NCBI GenBank assembly: GCA_964541525.1
Contig: CAZIQF010000002.1
Span: 1,775 to 65,774, forward strand
DNA length: 64,000 nt
DNA from: an uncultured Staphylococcaceae bacterium
GTDB taxonomy: Bacteria > Bacillota_I > Bacilli_A > ML615J-28 > CAG-313
Direction of reading: 5' to 3'
Each line of letters starts with the position of its first letter. Position 1 is the first letter of the stretch. Below are positions 58,257-64,000 of the stretch, piece after piece. The translations under genes and the position numbers were made by a program. A model generated the notes under the pieces. The model was not told where the DNA came from and did no database searches. It worked only from the letters and a program-made list of their open reading frames with translations.

Positions 58257-59747
58257 ATGAAAATGAAAATTAAGATTAAACAAATATTTAACATTATAAT
58301 TTGTCTGCTAATTGTTTTTACATTATACGGATGTAAAAAAAACAATAACGATAATGATGGAAATCGAAAGATTAATGAATTATATATTTACTCAATTAAT
58401 GACTTTCATGGTAATTTAGAAAGTACCGATAATGAAAAAGGCATTGCAAGAATTGCGGGATATATCAAAAGCCAAATTGAAGATAAAAATGCTCCAAGTT
58501 TAATTCTTTCTGCTGGTGATATGTTTCAAGGTACAGGTATTTCCAATTATACTAAAGGACAAAGCGTGGTTGAAATTATGAATGAAATTGGCTTTAATGC
58601 GATGACATTAGGAAATCATGAATTTGACTGGGGAATTGAAACAGTCCTTGCTTATCAAGATGGTGATGAAACTAATGGTGAAGCTGATTTTCCATTTTTA
58701 GGATGCAATGTTGTATTAAAAGATACAAATACGATTATTCCTAGCGTTGATCCATATACGATTATTGAACAAGATGGTTTAAAAATAGGTATAATTGGTT
58801 ATATGGGGTATGGGTTAGAAGAAGATATTGCAACGGCAATGATTGAACCTTATGAATTTTTAGATCCAACTTCATGTGTTGAAACTTATGCAAGAAAATT
58901 AAGAGGTGAAAATGATTGTGATATCGTTATTGCTGTTGGTCATGATGGTGAAACGATTACTAATCGTAAATTATCTAAATTAACTGGTGATGCGAGAATA
59001 GATGCAATTATTAATGGCCATACACATGCTAGTTATATTGAAGAATATCGAAGAGAAGATGGCGTTACAATTCCTTGCATCCAATCAGGTACTGCTGGTA
59101 ATTATGTAGGAGTTATTAAATTATCAATTAATGAAGAAACTAAAGAAGTAACTGGCGGAACTGCCTATAATAAACAAATGAATAGTAAAGTTGCCGAAGA
59201 TGAAACTATCAAAATGATGGTAAATCAAATTGTTGAAGACACTGCTCCAATTTTTAAACGTGTGTTATGTACTGCTGGTGAAACAATTAATCAATTAAGA
59301 GGTTGTTATTGGGCTGCGAGTGCACTTCAAGAAGCAATGGATGTAGATGTGGCAATTATCAATACCGGTGGCATTAGAAACAGTGCTTTTCCAATTAATA
59401 GTGGTGATCAAGTGGATGTTGCGAAAGTATATGAAATAATGCCTTTTGATAATACGATTAAAACCGTTACGTTAAAAGGATCACAAATTCGGGTATTATT
59501 TGGTAGTGGTGAATTATGTTACAGTTCAAATGTTACAGGTAATAATAGTTCCGGTTATTATATAAATGGCATATTGCTTGATGATGAGGCGTATTATCGT
59601 GTTGCTGCAGTTGATTATATTTTTGATCAAAGTAAATATCCATTTCAAAGTGGTACTAACATTGTTGCAACCGGAATTTTATTTAGAGATATTTTAATTA
59701 ATGATTTAGAACAAATTGGTCAAAGTGGATCAAAATGGGTCGGATAG
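58257..59747 (+). CDS. Lipoprotein 5-prime-nucleotidase / metallophosphoesterase (UshA/YfkN-like)
   Basis: Lipobox LYGC. Metallophosphatase motifs DFHG, GDMFQG, GNHEFD, GHDG and GHTH. C-terminal 5-prime-nucleotidase substrate domain. Confidence 0.7.
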   Translation: MKMKIKIKQIFNIIICLLIVFTLYGCKKNNNDNDGNRKINELYIYSINDFHGNLESTDNEKGIARIAGYIKSQIEDKNAPSLILSAGDMFQGTGISNYTKGQSVVEIMNEIGFNAMTLGNHEFDWGIETVLAYQDGDETNGEADFPFLGCNVVLKDTNTIIPSVDPYTIIEQDGLKIGIIGYMGYGLEEDIATAMIEPYEFLDPTSCVETYARKLRGENDCDIVIAVGHDGETITNRKLSKLTGDARIDAIINGHTHASYIEEYRREDGVTIPCIQSGTAGNYVGVIKLSINEETKEVTGGTAYNKQMNSKVAEDETIKMMVNQIVEDTAPIFKRVLCTAGETINQLRGCYWAASALQEAMDVDVAIINTGGIRNSAFPINSGDQVDVAKVYEIMPFDNTIKTVTLKGSQIRVLFGSGELCYSSNVTGNNSSGYYINGILLDDEAYYRVAAVDYIFDQSKYPFQSGTNIVATGILFRDILINDLEQIGQSGSKWVG

Positions 59748-60655
59748 GAGTAAAAATGAACAAAGTAATTATATGTACTGATAGTACTTGTGATTTATCA
59801 GAAGAATTGGTAAAACAATATGATATTAAAATTATCCCACTTCACATTACTTTTGATGATAAATCATATGATGATCGAATTGATATTAATCTAGAAGAAT
59901 TATATGAACGTGTTGAAACCACAGGTGAGATGCCAAAAACTGCAGCATGTTCACCTAGTGAATTCATTAAATTCTTAAAACCTTATATTGAGGAAGGATA
60001 TGACATTTTCTATACCGGTATTAGTAGTAATTTATCTACTACTTATCAAAGTTTGTGTATTGCAATGGAAGAATTCCCGGAAGGAAGAATTTACGCATCA
60101 GATAGTAAAAATTTATCAACAGGGATAGCACTTTTATTATTAAAAGCATGTAAATATCGTGATCGGGGGTTATCGGCTAAAGAAATTAAAGAACGAATTG
60201 ATGCAATTGTTCCGCATGTTAAAGTGCAATTTGTAATTAAAACTTTAGATTACCTTTATAAAGGTGGTAGATGTTCATCACTTACTAAAATATTTGGTAC
60301 AATGCTTAGAATTCGTCCAATGATTGTTGTAAGAGAAGGAAAACTAAAAGTAGGTAAAAAAGTTATTGGTTTAATGAAAAAAGCAGTATCGGTTATGACT
60401 GAAATGTTTATTAACGATTTACCAAATATTGATTTAGAAAATGTTTTTATTACCAATACAACTAGTAGTGATGTGAGCTATCAAGAAATAGATCAAAGAT
60501 TCAAAGAATGTGGTGTCTATGATAAAGTAAAAAATATTTACCACACAACAGCAGGTTGTGTTATTGGTTCACATTGTGGTGCTGGTACAATAGGAATTCT
60601 TTATATTATGAAGGGTGACTTAAAAGATGAAGAATTCGATGATGATAAATTATAA
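59735..60655 (+). CDS. DegV-family fatty-acid-binding protein
   Basis: N-terminus VIICTDSTCDL...IKIIPL is typical of DegV. Confidence 0.8.
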   Translation: MGRIGVKMNKVIICTDSTCDLSEELVKQYDIKIIPLHITFDDKSYDDRIDINLEELYERVETTGEMPKTAACSPSEFIKFLKPYIEEGYDIFYTGISSNLSTTYQSLCIAMEEFPEGRIYASDSKNLSTGIALLLLKACKYRDRGLSAKEIKERIDAIVPHVKVQFVIKTLDYLYKGGRCSSLTKIFGTMLRIRPMIVVREGKLKVGKKVIGLMKKAVSVMTEMFINDLPNIDLENVFITNTTSSDVSYQEIDQRFKECGVYDKVKNIYHTTAGCVIGSHCGAGTIGILYIMKGDLKDEEFDDDKL

Positions 60656-60694
60656 AAAAGCCATCTCTTGGCTTTTTTTTAAAAGAAAAAGGAA

Positions 60695-62935
60695 ATGAAT
60701 ATGAATAAAATTGAATTATTAGCACCAGTTGGAAATAAGGATTCATTGATTGCAGCAATCAAAGCAGGTGCTGATGCGGTTTATTTGAGTGGTAAGACAT
60801 TTGGTGCGAGATCGTATGCCGATAATTTTTCCAATGAAGAATTAGAACAAGCAATCAATTATGCTCATTTGAATTATGTAAAAGTATATGTAACAATTAA
60901 CACTTTAATTTTTGATGATGAATTTGAGCGATTAAATGAATTTTTAAACTTCTTAGTCAAGATTAAAGTAGATGCAGTAATAGTTCAAGATTTGGGCGTA
61001 ATTAAATTAATTAAAACTACATATCCAACACTAGAAATTCATGCTTCAACGCAAATGAATATTTTTAATGAAGAAGGTGCAAAAAACCTCTTAAAGATGG
61101 GAGTTAAACGCGTCGTTGTTGCGAGAGAAACAACTTTAGCGGATCTAAAAGCGATTATAAATACTGGAATTGAAGTTGAAGTCTTTTGTCATGGTGCTTT
61201 ATGTTTTTCTTCATCTGGTAATTGTCTTGCTTCTTCATTTATTGGTAAAAGAAGTGGTAATCGTGGTAAGTGTGCTCAACCATGTCGAAAAAGTTATTCA
61301 TTAATGGAAGATGGAAAGATTGTAGAATCAAATAAATCATTTCTTTCTACTAAAGATTTAATGACTATAGATTATCTTGGTGAATTAAAGCAAATAGGAA
61401 TAACTTCTTTAAAAATCGAAGGACGAATGAAAAGTCCTGACTATGTATATACTGTAACTAAAAATTATCGTAAGCATCTTGATCAAACAATTGATTTAAC
61501 TAAAGAAGAACTTAATGACCTTCTGGTTGTTTTTAATCGTAAATTCACAAAAGGTTATTTATTTGCTGCTGATAATTGTGATATAACTAATCTTGATAGT
61601 GTCAATCATCAAGGAATACCAATTGGTAAAATTGTTAATCGAACACCTAAATGGATCGAAATTAAACTAACTGAAAGTTTATCAATTCACGATGGATTAC
61701 GCATTGTAACGAAATCAGAACTAGGATTATTAGTTACTTGTATGTATGTAAATGGCAATATTGTTAAACAAGCTTTTCCTAATCAAGTTGTGCGAATTAA
61801 TATCTTAAATCAAGTATCAATCGGAGATAGAGTGCTAAAAACAGTTTCAAATAAACTTCATCAAGCAGTATTACAAGGATTAAAAAATCAAAATAAAAAA
61901 ATTGGATTAAATTTAACAATTGACATTTATCAAAATGAACCACTAAAGTTAAGTTGCAAATGGAATGAAGGCTCACCAATTAACTTAATCGGAAACACAT
62001 TAATTGCCGGTGATCATATTTTAAGTAATGAACGGGTCAAAGAACAATTATCTAAATTATCTAATACGATATATTATATTGATAATCTAGTTATTAACAC
62101 TGATGGAAAAGCTTTTTTACCAGTCAGTGTGCTAAATGATCTTAGAAGAAGACTAATTGAAAAACTAAATGAACAATTATTAAGTCAAAATATTGATGAT
62201 TCGTTGCAATATGAATTAATTCACCAGTATAATGATTTAGATAAGTCAATTGAAATCGAATGCGTTTGTCATAATGAAGAACAGACTAAAGTATGTGAGG
62301 ATTTAGGGATAACTACGATTTATAATTTAGGTTCAGCTTATAGTGGTCGAATTATCAGTGACCATAAACTAATGATTCATAATTTAGGTCAATTAAATCA
62401 ATCAGTTCAAGTGTTATCCCCTTATTTTAATTTAGTAAATCGTTACGCTTTAGAGGCTGTGAGGAACTTTGGAATTAAAAAATGCTATTTGAGTTTAGAA
62501 ATGGATTTGAATCATCTTAAACAATTAAATTTAACAAATATTGACTTAGAAGTAGGAGTTTGTTGTTATGGAAAGGTTGATATGATGGTTAGTAAACATT
62601 GTATAGTTGGTAAATATCAAGGTTATGAAAATAAAAAATGTGGTGCTTGTTTAAAACACCAGTATCATTTAATTGATGAATTAGGTAATAAATACCCATT
62701 GTTATTAGAAAAAAACAATGACTGTAGTATGCGCATTTTAAATTACCAAAGTCTTAATTTAGTTAATTACTTAACTGAACTAAAAACATCAGGTATTTCA
62801 AAATATTTGTTAGTTTTTACGGATGAAAGTAAGGAACAAGTAGAAACAATTATTAAATTATATCAAGATGGTTTAAATGGTAAAAAAATCAATCAAAAAT
62901 TTTATACGGGGTTTATTGAACATCCAGTTATTTAA
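60695..62935 (+). CDS. Peptidase U32-family protein (collagenase-like, extended C-terminus)
   Basis: ELLAPVGNKDSLIAAIKAGADAVYLSGK ... E.FCHGALC motifs of the U32 family. 746 aa. Confidence 0.8.
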   Translation: MNMNKIELLAPVGNKDSLIAAIKAGADAVYLSGKTFGARSYADNFSNEELEQAINYAHLNYVKVYVTINTLIFDDEFERLNEFLNFLVKIKVDAVIVQDLGVIKLIKTTYPTLEIHASTQMNIFNEEGAKNLLKMGVKRVVVARETTLADLKAIINTGIEVEVFCHGALCFSSSGNCLASSFIGKRSGNRGKCAQPCRKSYSLMEDGKIVESNKSFLSTKDLMTIDYLGELKQIGITSLKIEGRMKSPDYVYTVTKNYRKHLDQTIDLTKEELNDLLVVFNRKFTKGYLFAADNCDITNLDSVNHQGIPIGKIVNRTPKWIEIKLTESLSIHDGLRIVTKSELGLLVTCMYVNGNIVKQAFPNQVVRINILNQVSIGDRVLKTVSNKLHQAVLQGLKNQNKKIGLNLTIDIYQNEPLKLSCKWNEGSPINLIGNTLIAGDHILSNERVKEQLSKLSNTIYYIDNLVINTDGKAFLPVSVLNDLRRRLIEKLNEQLLSQNIDDSLQYELIHQYNDLDKSIEIECVCHNEEQTKVCEDLGITTIYNLGSAYSGRIISDHKLMIHNLGQLNQSVQVLSPYFNLVNRYALEAVRNFGIKKCYLSLEMDLNHLKQLNLTNIDLEVGVCCYGKVDMMVSKHCIVGKYQGYENKKCGACLKHQYHLIDELGNKYPLLLEKNNDCSMRILNYQSLNLVNYLTELKTSGISKYLLVFTDESKEQVETIIKLYQDGLNGKKINQKFYTGFIEHPVI

Positions 62936-62966
62936 AATGCCACTAGAATATCTCTAGTGACATTTT

Positions 62967-63989
62967 TTACTTTTGATGATATTTTTTTGTTTCTTTAAAG
63001 AAAACAAATATAATTGCTGCGATTAGCATTGCAATAAATGCATAAATGAATAATACGCTATAATGACCTTGAACTGTGATTAAGAAACCAACTAAAACAG
63101 GAGTAATACTTTGGGCAATCATTGAGAAAGTATAATATAACCCTGTGTATTTACCCATATTTTCTTTATTTGCTACATCAACGAGCATAGGATAGGAATT
63201 AGCATTAATTAAGGCCCAACCTATACCACAGACAATAATTGCAATAATAAAGATTAAAGCATTATAGGCAGTAAATCCTTGAATTACAACGATTAAGAAA
63301 CCAAGAATTAAGCATCCTAGGCCGATTAGAACGGTATTTTTACGACCAATTTTAGCAGGTAGATTTACTGTACATATAAAAGTAATAATTGATGAAAGTG
63401 GAAGGCCTGCCATTACAATGGTTCCAACAAATCCTTGGTTAGGAAAAGCGTTTTTACAAAAAATACTATAGAATGATTCAACAGCATTAAAACTTACAAA
63501 CCAAAATAGAACAGAAAATAGTAGAATAAAGGTATTAATCTTTTCACGTTTAGTAAGTTTACCTTCGATTTTGACTTCTTCATTAGATTTAGCCATTTCC
63601 TCACCAAGTTGCATTTCTGGTTCCATTTCTTTAACAATCTTTGGTTCATTAATTTTTAAAATTAAGATGATAATAGCTATAATCATAAAGAATGAAGCAA
63701 CTAAGAAAGCAGCAATACCTTGAATTTGTAAATTATCTTTAAAAATCATGCCAATTACTAATGCTATACCGCCACCCAAAACTGCACCAACATAACCAAC
63801 AAAGTTGATAATTCCATTAGCTTGTGAACGAAGAGGTTTAGGCGTTACATCGGGCATTAATGCTACAGCAGGATTACGATAAAAATTCATAACCAATAGA
63901 ATTAATCCCATCATAACAATAACACCTACAAGACTATTCAAATAGTACATTACAGCAATAAATGGAAAAATAATCGCTGAAAGTGTCAT
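62967..63989 (-). CDS. MFS transporter (C-terminal part; N-terminus probably beyond window end)
   Basis: About 10 TM helices plus a cytoplasmic loop. The ORF is still open at the window edge, and the listed Met may be internal. Confidence 0.6.
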   Translation of the reverse strand: MTLSAIIFPFIAVMYYLNSLVGVIVMMGLILLVMNFYRNPAVALMPDVTPKPLRSQANGIINFVGYVGAVLGGGIALVIGMIFKDNLQIQGIAAFLVASFFMIIAIIILILKINEPKIVKEMEPEMQLGEEMAKSNEEVKIEGKLTKREKINTFILLFSVLFWFVSFNAVESFYSIFCKNAFPNQGFVGTIVMAGLPLSSIITFICTVNLPAKIGRKNTVLIGLGCLILGFLIVVIQGFTAYNALIFIIAIIVCGIGWALINANSYPMLVDVANKENMGKYTGLYYTFSMIAQSITPVLVGFLITVQGHYSVLFIYAFIAMLIAAIIFVFFKETKKYHQK

Positions 63990-64000
63990 TCCAATTATCA

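Noticed and set aside
1-64000. CRISPR array, prophage, IS element or integrase
   Set aside because: I found no regularly spaced 25-40-bp repeats with unique spacers. I found no integrase, transposase, terminase or capsid-like ORFs. The repeated elements present are better explained as REP-like terminators and phased operator or iteron arrays.

Overview
This is a 64-kb AT-rich window (about 30% GC by eye) with the standard genetic code: TGA is used as a stop and Trp occurs at normal frequency. It appears to come from a low-GC Firmicutes or Mollicutes-related genome, possibly Erysipelotrichia-like, but that is a guess. I found no rRNA, CRISPR array, integrase or transposase.

Gene content, 5-prime to 3-prime:
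- 0.2-5 kb: MacB/FtsX-type ABC exporter genes and a WG-repeat lipoprotein.
- 5-10 kb: a DarA/PstA-like c-di-AMP receptor, a NUDIX hydrolase, a class-I glutamine amidotransferase and a P-type cation ATPase.
- 10-16.5 kb: a SsuABC/NMT1-type ABC importer followed by an Ldh_2-family dehydrogenase, an NAD-malic enzyme and a LarA-family nickel racemase homolog. This looks like a hydroxy-acid or D-malate utilisation locus.
- 16.6-20.8 kb: conserved core genes dagK-like, apt, relA and dtd.
- 20.8-24.4 kb: three uncharacterised proteins, one of them SpoIIIAH-like.
- 24.5-32.3 kb: rluA-family gene, a surface lipoprotein nuclease, htpG, an EamA transporter and an N-domain-less clpB. Both htpG and clpB carry textbook CIRCE operators.
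- 32.3-50.3 kb: an accessory region.
  - It starts with a decayed esterase pseudogene.
  - Small genes follow, separated by a family of REP-like hairpin-terminator elements.
  - Next come tRNA-Cys, a C39-like lipoprotein, a guanine-deaminase-like amidohydrolase, a MerR/GyrI regulator, a DUF1697 gene, an MGMT-like gene and a split chrA pair.
  - Next to tRNA-Lys, three tandem two-gene cassettes are each bracketed by the same conserved 5-prime and 3-prime non-coding modules: a Schlafen-like COG2865 ATPase-HTH plus NUDIX, a 478-aa plus 204-aa unknown pair, and ASCH plus a membrane bacterial PH domain protein.
  - Short-motif arrays with a strict 20-21-bp period lie in this region.
- After tRNA-Lys, core genes resume: dedA, an ECF sigma and anti-sigma pair, trxA/trxB, asnA, an isochorismatase, an amidase, a 5-prime-nucleotidase lipoprotein, degV, a U32 peptidase and a partial MFS transporter.
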